Source of the DNA: an uncultured Bacilli bacterium | Lineage (GTDB): Bacteria; Bacillota_I; Bacilli_A; RF39; UBA660 | Direction: 5' to 3' | Assembly (NCBI GenBank): GCA_934148535.1 | Contig: CAKPDF010000001.1 | Coordinates: 127,361-191,360, forward strand | Length of the DNA: 64,000 nt | In this document: positions 31,781 to 41,398 of the stretch, in pieces | Position numbering within the stretch: the first letter of the stretch is position 1 | Layout: each line of letters opens with the position of its first letter | Notes under the pieces: generated by a model | Seen by the model: the letters and a program-made list of their open reading frames with translations, nothing else | What the model was told of the DNA's origin: nothing | Database searches by the model: none | Made by a program: the position numbers and the translations under genes

Positions 31781-32431
31781 TTAAATACCATCAATACAAT
31801 TATCATAAATCCATTTTTTTGTTTCAGTATAATCATTTGTTTCATAAAATTTAATTAATACGCTAAAATATTCTCCTATTTTTTCTACAGGCACTGAAAG
31901 TATCCCTTGTCCTAGCCTTATCATTTCTTTATTAGTAACTAAATTAGCAACCCTCTTATTACCATCCTTAAACATTTGACTTCTTTGAATCCAGCAAAAC
32001 AAAGTAATACACATCTCAAGTGGATTTTCTATTTTTTTGATATTATCAAGTTCTTTCTCATAATCACACTCACTAGGTAACTTTGGCCTCCATGATGTAC
32101 CAGTAATACCAACACCACAATCTCTAAAATCACCAAGTGGTTCTATACTTTGCCCCTTACAAATTTGATAATGTATTTTTTTATATAATCTACTGTTAAC
32201 TCCTCATCCACACTATTCAAAACAAATTCCCAAGCATCCTTTAAATCTTTTTAATTTAAGCATATCATCAACTGATATTTTTCCATTATTAACATTATTA
32301 AGAAAATAAACAACATCAACCTCAGTAATTTTTATTCCTTCTAAATTAGCACTTTTATACAAATTATCTACTAATTTTCGCTTAGCAAAAAATATATTGT
32401 CCAATTTAACCATACTATAAATACTTTTCAT
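31781..32431 (-). pseudogene. Fic/DOC-family gene remnant, frame-disrupted, with degenerate active-site motif
   Basis: N-terminal fragment ORF (32213-32431) carries the Fic N-terminal motif LYKSANLEGIKITE. The C-terminal frame (31781-~32150) carries QMFKDGNKRVANL where HPFx[DE]GNGR is expected (His to Gln). The fragments are in different frames and separated by stops. Confidence 0.5.
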
Positions 32432-32462
32432 TTTTTACCACCCTATTTTAAAATTAATAATA

Positions 32463-34772
32463 TTACACAATATCAATATATTCAAGCAAATTTAAAAACA
32501 TATTAATAAATTTAGGTTCAAGTTTATACTTCTTTAACTTCCTAATAGCAATTCTTTTCTTTTTAATAGTCATATTACTAAACATAATATCATCTACTTT
32601 TTCTTTAATAATCGTTTCAATCTCCAAATCATCAATAATACCCTTTATATCATAATTAATTAATTTTACAGCTTCTACTTCTATGTTATTACCACTAACA
32701 TTAACCATAACTGTAGCACTAGTAGCAACATTATTAATAACTACTACCAAATCAGATTTATCTAAATAAGATTGTACAGGATAAGAAACATCATTAACAG
32801 ATACATTAACATTACTATTACCAGTATTTTTAAATCTTATTCTATAATTTCTATTATTAGGAATACTATATTGAGTATCAACAGGCGTCATTTTATATGT
32901 ATAATTATCTTTCTCATACTTAAACTCTAATTTAGTCAAATAATGAACCTCATTCTTATAATCATTACTAATACCATCATCCTCATATAAATTATATACC
33001 CCATCACAACCTGGAAATATAACAAATTCCATATTAATAGGATTAGTCCAACTCATATCAAGCGATAAAGGAATAATACTACCCTCTCTACAAAATACAG
33101 GATAATCCTCATCTTTATAAAAACTCATATAATACTTATTTCCAGGATATTTTCTACCAGTAAGAAAATCATACCACGTTCCCTTAGGAATAAACATTTT
33201 TTGAACTACTCTATTCATAACATCATTTTTAGTCTTAGTAATAGGAATAACCAACATCTCAGTACCTAAAAAATACTGATTTCTATACCTAGGCTCATCA
33301 TATATTTTAGGATAACTATAATATAACGGTTGTATCAAAGGACTACCACTCTTATGATATATATAAGATTCAGTATATAAATAAGGTATTAATTGCATTC
33401 TTAAATTCATATATTTTTTCGTGATCTCTCTTAAACTCTCATTCCATCTCCAAGGTTCTCTCTTATAATATTTGCCACCTTCACTAGATAATAAGAATAT
33501 AGGACTAAAAGTACCAAATTGTATATATCTTAAATACAACTCATCATCTTCAATTCCACCATAATATCCTCCAATAGGATGAGCTATAAAACTTATCCCC
33601 ATATTAGATGCAGATGCATTATAGAATGGTAAAATATTTAAAGTATTAAAATCAACCTTAGTTTTGCCACTAAATATAATAGGATATCTATGCATACTAA
33701 TTCCAGTATTTCTACACATAGTAATACCTCTTTGATTTAACATAGTCTCACAAGCAACATAATAATAATGATTTAGCATAGCTAAATTATTCTTATCATT
33801 TGGATTATTATAGTCCAAATTAAATATATTAATACCCATACTATATAAATTTCTAACATATTGATTAAAATATAAATTTATATTATCCATATTAAATGGC
33901 ATTATACTCTTACCATTTATCCCTTTAAAAGGATCAACTGTAACACCAAGTTTAATATTATTTTTTCTTAAAAAACTAGAAATTTCTATTCCATTAATAA
34001 CTTCATTATTAAACGTATAAGAATTATTTTTTTGCCATTTGTCCCCTAACAAAAACACCGATAATCCAATACCTTCATTATAAAAATTCTTAACTACATC
34101 ATATACATCCTTAGTAGTATACTCTTCATTTTTATACCACCAGTTTCCCAAAGCATATCTTGGAATTAAAGGAGGATACCCACATAAAGTATAATAATCC
34201 TGTAAACATAATCCTAAATCCTTTTTATACATAAATACATATATATCTAATATATCTTTTTCTCTTTCTACAAATTCCATAGAATTCTTTAAAACATAAG
34301 AATTACTATCATCTAATACTGCAAACCCATCAGTAGAATAAAGTCCTTTATCTAGTTTTAATTTAGAAGAAAAATCATCCAATGAGTAATTGATAGTACC
34401 AAAATTTCTGCTCTCGGGATGTCCATAATACCAAACTCTATCGGTACCTTTTAAAGTAATTCTTAAATTACTTCCAGGAGTAAATTTGGAAGACTTAAAA
34501 CTTTTTTCTTTTACATAATCTATAACAAAGTACTTAGTACTAATTTGAATTAAAGTTTCACTATTACTTACAGTAAACATTGATTTGGGAAAATTTCTAA
34601 ATACAACATTTTGAGTAGCTCTATCCTCAAATTTGCCACTAGGACTATACTCTAACCGAGCTAATCTATCAGTTAGGATAGATATGCGATAGTTTTTACC
34701 TAAAATAATATTATCTTTTCTAGCAATTAAATTTTTATTATTTTTTACAAAATATTCTCCCATACTAGCCAT
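32463..34772 (-). CDS. glycoside hydrolase family 31-like protein (cytoplasmic, divergent)
   Basis: 769 aa, no signal peptide. C-terminal region RYPIIFSGKT...HPIGGYYGG...ELYLRYIQFGTFSPIF matches the conserved GH31 block pattern (RYP.WSGD...DIGGF.G...ELY.RW.QFGAF.P.F). Confidence 0.6.
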   Translation of the reverse strand: MASMGEYFVKNNKNLIARKDNIILGKNYRISILTDRLARLEYSPSGKFEDRATQNVVFRNFPKSMFTVSNSETLIQISTKYFVIDYVKEKSFKSSKFTPGSNLRITLKGTDRVWYYGHPESRNFGTINYSLDDFSSKLKLDKGLYSTDGFAVLDDSNSYVLKNSMEFVEREKDILDIYVFMYKKDLGLCLQDYYTLCGYPPLIPRYALGNWWYKNEEYTTKDVYDVVKNFYNEGIGLSVFLLGDKWQKNNSYTFNNEVINGIEISSFLRKNNIKLGVTVDPFKGINGKSIMPFNMDNINLYFNQYVRNLYSMGINIFNLDYNNPNDKNNLAMLNHYYYVACETMLNQRGITMCRNTGISMHRYPIIFSGKTKVDFNTLNILPFYNASASNMGISFIAHPIGGYYGGIEDDELYLRYIQFGTFSPIFLLSSEGGKYYKREPWRWNESLREITKKYMNLRMQLIPYLYTESYIYHKSGSPLIQPLYYSYPKIYDEPRYRNQYFLGTEMLVIPITKTKNDVMNRVVQKMFIPKGTWYDFLTGRKYPGNKYYMSFYKDEDYPVFCREGSIIPLSLDMSWTNPINMEFVIFPGCDGVYNLYEDDGISNDYKNEVHYLTKLEFKYEKDNYTYKMTPVDTQYSIPNNRNYRIRFKNTGNSNVNVSVNDVSYPVQSYLDKSDLVVVINNVATSATVMVNVSGNNIEVEAVKLINYDIKGIIDDLEIETIIKEKVDDIMFSNMTIKKKRIAIRKLKKYKLEPKFINMFLNLLEYIDIV

Positions 34773-34873
34773 ACTATCACCCTTTATTTTCTTATAAATA
34801 TTTTACCAAATTTTTTAAAAAAAGTCATTATCAATTTGAATTTTTTATTTTATTAATAACAAATTCAAATAAA

Positions 34874-35512
34874 CTAATCTATTTTCTTGTTTGCTTCCAA
34901 CTTATTTATTTTTATTCCTTTTTTTGAAAACTTTTCTTCATACTCAGTTGTAATATTAAATACATTCTCCTTATGTAAATCATTAGTCAAATATGTTATA
35001 TTGTAACCATTTTCCTTTAATGAAGTAACTGAATAATTAAATAAATCAATGTTATCTGTCTTCATTTCAATATTCGCAATATTGTTTTTAAATATTTTAT
35101 CATAAGCACTTAAAAATTTTGGACTAGTTAATCTTCTTTTAGCATGCCTATCTTTAGGCCATGGATCTGAAAAATTTAAATATAGTTTACTTATTTCATT
35201 TGAAAATACTTCATCTATTCTTTCGGCATCCATTCTGATTAATTTTAAATTTTCTATCTCTAATTCGTTTGACTTTTGAATAGCTCTTACTATAACACTA
35301 TCAAATTTTTCTATTCCTATAAAATTTATATTAGGAAATTGCAAGGCGTTTTTAATTATAAAATCTCCTTTACCCATTCCAATTTCTATATATATTGGGT
35401 TATTATTTTTAAATACATTTTGCCAATTGCCAATTAATTCATAAGGGTTATCTATGTAATGTGTTCCTTTTGCTATTATTTCTTTTGCACCTTTTACATT
35501 TTTTAATCTCAT
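34874..35512 (-). CDS. trmB: tRNA (guanine46-N7)-methyltransferase
   Basis: 212 aa; SAM-binding EIGMGKG; conserved FSDPWPK motif. Confidence 0.9.
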   Translation of the reverse strand: MRLKNVKGAKEIIAKGTHYIDNPYELIGNWQNVFKNNNPIYIEIGMGKGDFIIKNALQFPNINFIGIEKFDSVIVRAIQKSNELEIENLKLIRMDAERIDEVFSNEISKLYLNFSDPWPKDRHAKRRLTSPKFLSAYDKIFKNNIANIEMKTDNIDLFNYSVTSLKENGYNITYLTNDLHKENVFNITTEYEEKFSKKGIKINKLEANKKID

Positions 35513-36078
35513 TATTCATCACCGCCTTCTTCTTTGTAGTTTGATTTAAATAAATCTTTTTCATCATCTTCTTCTACTTCTATTTTGCTTATATCTGGTA
35601 AATCATCTTTACTCGATAGACCAAAATAATCTAAAAAGTCATCTGTAGTTTTATATAATATTGGTCTTCCTGGTAAATCTGATCTTCCTGCTTCTTTTAT
35701 TAAACCTTTTGCTAATAGTTTTCTTATTATGTAAATTGAGTCTACTCCTCTTAATTCATCTATTTGAGCACGAGTTATTGGTTCATTATATGCTACAATA
35801 GCTAGAGTTTCTAAAGAGGTTTGACTTAATAGTCCGTTTTCTGGATTGTCTAACAATTTTTCATAATAAGCCTTGTGTTCTTGTTTTGTTGTTAGTTTAA
35901 ATGTATTTCCTAAATAATTTATTCTTAATCCTCTATCTTCTTTTTCGTAATTATTTTTTAGAGTATAAATTAATTTCTTTGCTTGTTCTTCATCAAGACT
36001 TAATATTGACATTACTTGTTTTAGGGTTAAACCTTCGTCACCTTGAACGTATAATAGTCCTTCTAATATTCCTTCCAT
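35512..36078 (-). CDS. scpB: segregation and condensation protein B
   Basis: Tandem winged-helix ScpB sequence; 1-nt overlap with trmB, follows scpA. Confidence 0.9.
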   Translation of the reverse strand: MEGILEGLLYVQGDEGLTLKQVMSILSLDEEQAKKLIYTLKNNYEKEDRGLRINYLGNTFKLTTKQEHKAYYEKLLDNPENGLLSQTSLETLAIVAYNEPITRAQIDELRGVDSIYIIRKLLAKGLIKEAGRSDLPGRPILYKTTDDFLDYFGLSSKDDLPDISKIEVEEDDEKDLFKSNYKEEGGDE

Positions 36079-36809
36079 TATTGCACCTTCAATTCTATAT
36101 ATATATCTGAAAAATTATTGTCTTGTTTTATGTCTATTTCCCCTTCTTTTGCTAATTCTAGAATAGACATAAATGTTACTACTATATAACTTTTATTGTA
36201 TTCTTCAAATAATTCTGTAAATTTTGATTTTGTGTGTTCTTTTAAATAATTTTTTATCCACGTTTTTCTTTTCTTTACACTATATTCTTTATTAGTTACT
36301 TTTGTTGATAATGGCTTTTCTTTTTCTTTTCTTTCTAGAAATTTTTCAAAGGCTTTTACTAAATCGTCTACTGTTGTACTACCGTCGTTCGTTATTTCTT
36401 TTTGATACATATCTGTCAGCTTTTCTGGACTTTTAATATATATTTGTTGTCTATTGTGCTCTAGTTCTTTAAAATCTTCTGTTATCATTTTATATTTTTG
36501 ATATTCTATTAGTTTTTGAATTAATTTTTCCCTTGATACTTCTTCTTCGTCTTCTTCATTATCATTATCTTCTTCTTTCTTTTGAGGAAGTAGAGTTTTA
36601 CTTTTTATTTCCATTAATTCTGATGCCATTACTAGATAAGTGGATGCTACATTAATATTTAATTCTTCCATTTTATTTATGTAATCTAAATATTGGTTGG
36701 TTATTTCACTTATTGATATATCTATTATGTCTATATTTGATTTTTTTATTAAGTGTAGTAATAAATCTAATGGTCCATCAAAAGCATCTATTTTTATAGT
36801 GTAATCCAT
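36078..36809 (-). CDS. scpA: segregation and condensation protein A (kleisin)
   Basis: Conserved ScpA N- and C-terminal kleisin regions with acidic linker. Confidence 0.9.
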   Translation of the reverse strand: MDYTIKIDAFDGPLDLLLHLIKKSNIDIIDISISEITNQYLDYINKMEELNINVASTYLVMASELMEIKSKTLLPQKKEEDNDNEEDEEEVSREKLIQKLIEYQKYKMITEDFKELEHNRQQIYIKSPEKLTDMYQKEITNDGSTTVDDLVKAFEKFLERKEKEKPLSTKVTNKEYSVKKRKTWIKNYLKEHTKSKFTELFEEYNKSYIVVTFMSILELAKEGEIDIKQDNNFSDIYIELKVQ

Positions 36810-36861
36810 ATATACCTCCTAGAAAGAAAAAAGCAAAAAGCCTTTTAATATTTGCAATTTA

Positions 36862-36902
36862 ATTATACAATAAAAACTATCATATTTCAACATTGAAATA
36901 TG
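36862..36902 (-). promoter_or_regulatory. Candidate scpA-scpB-trmB promoter (TTGAAA-17-TATAAT) whose -35 lies inside a perfect 10+2+10 bp palindrome (catatttcaa ca ttgaaatatg, 36881-36902)
   Basis: -10 revcomp of attata at 36862-36867; -35 revcomp of tttcaa at 36885-36890; palindrome arms exactly complementary. Confidence 0.45.
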
Positions 36903-37067
36903 ATATTAATTTTTTTGTTTCATGCTTTTTACGATGAATTTCATGTTTTAAATGACAATTAGTAATCTAATGATTAATTTCCATTATTTTCCATTGAAAT
37001 ATTTGATGAATTTTGTTAAAAATAATGTTTATTTTTGTAACAAATATGTTACAATAGAGGTGTAAGA

Positions 37068-37090
37068 GGAAAAAACACCTGGTAGGTGTT
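37068..37090 (-). terminator. Rho-independent terminator of the HTH regulator gene (aacacct ggt aggtgtt + T6 on minus strand)
   Basis: 7-bp stem, 3-nt loop, followed on the minus strand by TTTTTT (plus aaaaaa 37068-37073); overlaps the stop codon. Confidence 0.6.
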
Positions 37091-37353
37091 TATGAATTTG
37101 GTGGTATATAGACAATAATGTCTTCTATTTTACAATCTAATACATAGCAAAATTTAGATATTACGTCTAAATCTATTCTAGTTATTGGAGCGTTAGTATA
37201 GTAAGATTTAACAGTTGTGTGTTTTAGTCCCGTTAGCTTTGTCATTTGATACATTGATATACCATATTTGTCCATTATGGAACTTAATTTGATCTCTACT
37301 TTTCCATAATCTTTTAATTCATTTATTCCTCTTACTTCTTTTAATGCATTCAT
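37090..37353 (-). CDS. XRE/Cro-type helix-turn-helix transcriptional regulator (87 aa)
   Basis: Central segment SMYQMTKLTGLKHTTVKSY matches the HTH_3 pattern. Confidence 0.5.
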   Translation of the reverse strand: MNALKEVRGINELKDYGKVEIKLSSIMDKYGISMYQMTKLTGLKHTTVKSYYTNAPITRIDLDVISKFCYVLDCKIEDIIVYIPPNS

Positions 37354-37456
37354 ACTACTGCCTCCACATTTATTTTAGCATATTTACGCAATTTAAAATA
37401 TGCCATTAGAATGGTGCTGTTAGAATGGTATGAGTTGAGTGTAAAGGGGTGAGAAT

Positions 37457-37681
37457 ATGAAATATGCTGATTTAGCAAAGAAAATTTGTGAAGAAATGTT
37501 AAATTATCCAGTTTCTTCTGAAGGTTTATTGGATGTTTATGACTTTGCATTAAAAAAGCATGGGAAGGAGTATATACAAGATAAAGAGGCTATCCTTGCT
37601 AAAGTTACGCATCATATAACTATTATGGGCTATGACATCGAATGTATAAAGCCTTTAAAGTTTAAAAGTTATATTGATTAA
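37457..37681 (+). CDS. hypothetical small protein (74 aa), divergent from the HTH gene and convergent with sigE
   Basis: ORF with GGGGTGAG SD-like sequence 5 nt upstream of the ATG. Confidence 0.35.
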   Translation: MKYADLAKKICEEMLNYPVSSEGLLDVYDFALKKHGKEYIQDKEAILAKVTHHITIMGYDIECIKPLKFKSYID

Positions 37682-38367
37682 ATTCTAATAATATTGGATA
37701 GATGCTTTATAACTTTTTTCTCTATTCTTGAAATATACGATTGGGAAATGCCTAAGAGGTTCGCTACTTCTTTTTGAGTCATTTCCTTTTTTCCGTTTAA
37801 GCCATATCTTAATTCTATAATTTCTTTATCTCTTCCTTCTAGTTTGCTTACTTCTTCGTATAGCATTTTTTTGTCTAACTCGTCATCTAGGCCTTTGGTG
37901 ACGATATCAGTGTCAGTGCCTAATACATCTTCTAAATGCAATTCATTTCCTTCTGAGTCAAAGCTTAAACTATCTTCAAAGCTTACTTCTGTTCTTTTCT
38001 TTTTTGTCTTTCTTAAATACATCAAAATTTCATTATCAATGCAACGAGAAGCATAGGTTGCTAATTTAATATTTTTATCTAATTTATAGGTATTTACTCC
38101 TTTTATTAATCCTATAGTTCCTATAGAAACTAGATCTTCTAAGTCTACTTTAGTATTTTCATATTTTTTTGCTAAAAATACTACTAATCTTAAATTATGA
38201 ACGATTAATTTATTTCTTGCTTCAACATCCCCTTGCATAGATTTTTCTACATAGTCGTTTTCTTCTTCTTTAGATAATGGTGGGGGTAATATATCTGTAC
38301 TGCCTAAATAGAAAATGTAATTAAATTTCTTTAGTATTTTTTTGATTATGGCTATTATTTTTTTCAT
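37678..38367 (-). CDS. sigE: sporulation sigma factor SigE (pro-sigma-E)
   Basis: YFLGSTDILPPPLSKEEEN pro-sequence junction and KLATYASRCIDNEILMYLR closely match B. subtilis SigE. Likely start is the ATG at 38365-38367 (GGAGGG SD, 6-nt spacer), 1-nt overlap with the spoIIGA stop. Confidence 0.85.
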   Translation of the reverse strand: MKKIIAIIKKILKKFNYIFYLGSTDILPPPLSKEEENDYVEKSMQGDVEARNKLIVHNLRLVVFLAKKYENTKVDLEDLVSIGTIGLIKGVNTYKLDKNIKLATYASRCIDNEILMYLRKTKKKRTEVSFEDSLSFDSEGNELHLEDVLGTDTDIVTKGLDDELDKKMLYEEVSKLEGRDKEIIELRYGLNGKKEMTQKEVANLLGISQSYISRIEKKVIKHLSNIIRI

Positions 38368-39176
38368 TATTTTCCCTCCAATACTTTTTGGCTTAAGATA
38401 CAATCTATTCCATCTATATTGATTTTTTCATTACTTATTCCTATTAAGAAGTTTTTCTTAAATCCTATTCCTTGAATAAATATTTTATCTGGTACTATGC
38501 ATTTTAATATTCCTTGATGATTTAGGCTGTCATATGGGACTAATAATATATTGTTAAGATTATAGTTATAGTAATCTTTTATTAAAGACTTATTGATTAG
38601 GATAATAGGTCTTTTTTTGTATGGATCCGTTAATTTGTTTCCTGTGTCTAAAAAACCAGTTAGTTCTATTTTTTCTCCACTTTTTAGATACAAATCAATA
38701 TTATAGTAGTTTGAATAATTTTCTTTCATTTCTTTTAATTGTTTTACATAGGCAATTATTATTATCGGACTTAATACAATGAGTGCTATAACATTTAAGG
38801 ATAAACCATCAAAGTAAAATGCTAGTCCATCATTTTTATAAGAAAATTGAATATTTAAGAAATATAGAAATCCTCCTAGTATTATTGATGAAGTATAAAG
38901 ATAAAACATGTTTTTTAATGTATATCTTACATCATTGTAACCAAATGTTATAATTACCATTACTAAAGATATTATAACTTTTACTAGAAATAGTACTAGG
39001 CTTTTCATAGGAATAAATAAAGATATTATCGTAATGCTTCCAATTAATGCTCCTACGGCGAGCCTTTTTAAGTTAGTTTGTCTTCTTAAAACGACTCCGG
39101 TTGCAAAGAGTAATAGGAAATCAAAAAGGAAGTTTAAAATTAATACTAAATCAATATATACTGTCATATCCATCAC
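38367..39176 (-). CDS. spoIIGA: sigma-E processing peptidase SpoIIGA
   Basis: 5-TM N-terminal domain similar to B. subtilis SpoIIGA (YIDLVLILNFLFDFLLLFAT...RLAVGALIGS). C-terminal aspartic-protease motif FLDTGN. Confidence 0.8.
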   Translation of the reverse strand: MMDMTVYIDLVLILNFLFDFLLLFATGVVLRRQTNLKRLAVGALIGSITIISLFIPMKSLVLFLVKVIISLVMVIITFGYNDVRYTLKNMFYLYTSSIILGGFLYFLNIQFSYKNDGLAFYFDGLSLNVIALIVLSPIIIIAYVKQLKEMKENYSNYYNIDLYLKSGEKIELTGFLDTGNKLTDPYKKRPIILINKSLIKDYYNYNLNNILLVPYDSLNHQGILKCIVPDKIFIQGIGFKKNFLIGISNEKINIDGIDCILSQKVLEGK

Positions 39177-39230
39177 CAGTATTATTATAAAAAAAATATG
39201 ACAAGTATTCTGTCATATTTTAGTTTAGTT

Positions 39231-41150
39231 TTAATTTTTTATTTTATAGTCATCTTCTAATGAGAAAACTACATTTTCTTCTATCCAATTTTTTCTTGGT
39301 TCTACCGCATCTCCCATTAATACTGATACTCTTTTTTCTGCTAAAGCAGCATCTGTTATGCTTACTTTTACTAGACTTCTTTTTTCTGGATCCATTGTTG
39401 TTTCCCATAATTGACTAGCGTTCATTTCTCCTAGTCCTTTGTATCTTGATATTTTATAATTTGTTTTACCTTTAGTTAAGGCTTTTAATTCTGAATTTTC
39501 CCATACATAATGTTCTTTGTTACCAAAAGTTACATGATATAATGGTGGCATTGCTATAAACAATCTTCCTTCTTCTATCATTGGTTTCATATAACGGTAG
39601 AAAAATGTTAGTAGTAAGCATTGAATATGTGCTCCATCATCATCGGCATCGGTCATGATTATTATTTTTCCATAATTTGCATCTTTTATATTAAAGTTGC
39701 TACCATAACCTGCTCCTACAGTATGGATTAGAGTATTTATTTCTTCATTTTTAAAGATATCTTCTATTTTAGCTTTTTCTGTGTTTATTACTTTTCCTCT
39801 TAGAGGTAATATTGCTTGGGTTTTTCTGTCTCTTCCTTGCTTTGCAGATCCACCTGCTGAGTCTCCCTCTACTATAAATAATTCGCGGGATAATTTATCT
39901 TTTGTTTGAGCCGGAGTTAATTTTCCACTTAATATTTTTTCTATTTTTTTGCTGTCTTTTCCTTTTCTTGTTTCTTCTCTTGCTTTTCTTGCTGCTTCTC
40001 TTGCTTCTTTACCTTTAAGGGCTTTAGTAATTATTACTGTTGCAATGCTTTTGTTTTCTTCTAAGAAATATTTTAATTTTTCAGTAGTTATTGCTTCTAC
40101 TATTGCTCTTGCTGCTGGGGTTCCAAGTTTTGCTTTTGTTTGACCTTCAAATTGTAAAATATCTTCTGGTATTTGAACACTTATGATTGCTGTTAAGCCT
40201 TCTCTTACGTCAGATCCTTCAAATGATTTATCTCTTGGTTTTATAAAATTATTTTCTTTGGCATAATCATTTAATACTTTAGTAATAGCAGTTTTAAATC
40301 CTACTTCATGGGTTCCACCATCACTTGTTTTTACATTGTTTACAAACGATACTATATTTTCTGAATAGCTATCTGTATATTGAAGTGCTACAGAAACATT
40401 TATCTTATCTTTTGAGGCATTAAAACACAATACTTTATGTACTGGTGTTTTTCCTTCGTTTAGATATTCACAAAATGATTCTAATCCATTATTATATACA
40501 TATTTTTCACTTTTATCATCTATTTCATCTATAATTTCAATTGTTAATCCATTAATTAGAAAGGCACATTCTTGCATTCTTTCACATATAGTAGAAAAAT
40601 TAAATACTGTACTAGAAAATATTTCTTTATCTGGCATAAATCTTACTGTTGTTCCAGTTTTATTAGTTTTTCCTATTTTTTTTAGGGGAACATTTAATTT
40701 TCCTCCATCTTTGAAACTAATAAAATATTCATATCCATCTCTTCTAGTCGTAACTTCCATCCAGCTTGATAATGCATTTACAACAGAAGCTCCTACACCG
40801 TGTAATCCTCCAGATACTTTATATCCACCTTCAGTGAATTTACCTCCGGCATGTAAAACTGTATATATTACTTCGGGAGTACTTTTTCCTGATGTATGCA
40901 TTCCTGTTGGTATACCTCTTCCACAGTCGGTTACACTTACAGAGCCATCTTTATGTAGTATAATTGTTAAATGGTTACCATATCCATTTAGTGCTTCGTC
41001 TACTCCATTGTCTACTATTTCCCATACTAGATGGTGTAGTCCTCTTTTATCTGTAGATCCAATATACATACCTGGTCTTTTTCTAACTGCTTCTAGACCT
41101 TCTAGTATTTTTATGGAATTTTCATCGTAATTATTGTTCATTATCATCAC
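39231..41150 (-). CDS. type IIA DNA topoisomerase subunit B (GyrB/ParE family)
   Basis: GHKL ATPase (GLHHLVWEIVDNGVDEA), transducer, Toprim (EGDSAGG) and PLRGK motifs; 639 aa. A GyrB versus ParE assignment is not possible from context. Confidence 0.9.
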   Translation of the reverse strand: MMIMNNNYDENSIKILEGLEAVRKRPGMYIGSTDKRGLHHLVWEIVDNGVDEALNGYGNHLTIILHKDGSVSVTDCGRGIPTGMHTSGKSTPEVIYTVLHAGGKFTEGGYKVSGGLHGVGASVVNALSSWMEVTTRRDGYEYFISFKDGGKLNVPLKKIGKTNKTGTTVRFMPDKEIFSSTVFNFSTICERMQECAFLINGLTIEIIDEIDDKSEKYVYNNGLESFCEYLNEGKTPVHKVLCFNASKDKINVSVALQYTDSYSENIVSFVNNVKTSDGGTHEVGFKTAITKVLNDYAKENNFIKPRDKSFEGSDVREGLTAIISVQIPEDILQFEGQTKAKLGTPAARAIVEAITTEKLKYFLEENKSIATVIITKALKGKEAREAARKAREETRKGKDSKKIEKILSGKLTPAQTKDKLSRELFIVEGDSAGGSAKQGRDRKTQAILPLRGKVINTEKAKIEDIFKNEEINTLIHTVGAGYGSNFNIKDANYGKIIIMTDADDDGAHIQCLLLTFFYRYMKPMIEEGRLFIAMPPLYHVTFGNKEHYVWENSELKALTKGKTNYKISRYKGLGEMNASQLWETTMDPEKRSLVKVSITDAALAEKRVSVLMGDAVEPRKNWIEENVVFSLEDDYKIKN

Positions 41151-41398
41151 TCTCTTCTTTAATATTTTGCTTGAACAAATGGTAAAATTTTTTATTATTT
41201 CTTGTTTAATATAAATTTTAAGTTATGTATTATATGCGTTTACCATCAAGTCTTACTGAAGTAAATATATCATATAAAAATTTGATTGTCAACATTGTTA
41301 ACTGTCTTTTTATGGCACTAAAGCCTAATAAAATATGACTTTTTTTGGTTTTGATATTTTTGTAAAAATAAATGACTAGCAAGAATGCTTGTCATTTA

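Noticed and set aside
38367-38403. Longer sigE start (MYLKPKSIGGKI…) overlapping spoIIGA by 37 nt
   Set aside because: The downstream ATG at 38367 has a GGAGGG SD with a 6-nt spacer and aligns with the B. subtilis pro-sigma-E N-terminus. The 1-nt stop/start overlap is typical of the spoIIGA-sigE junction.
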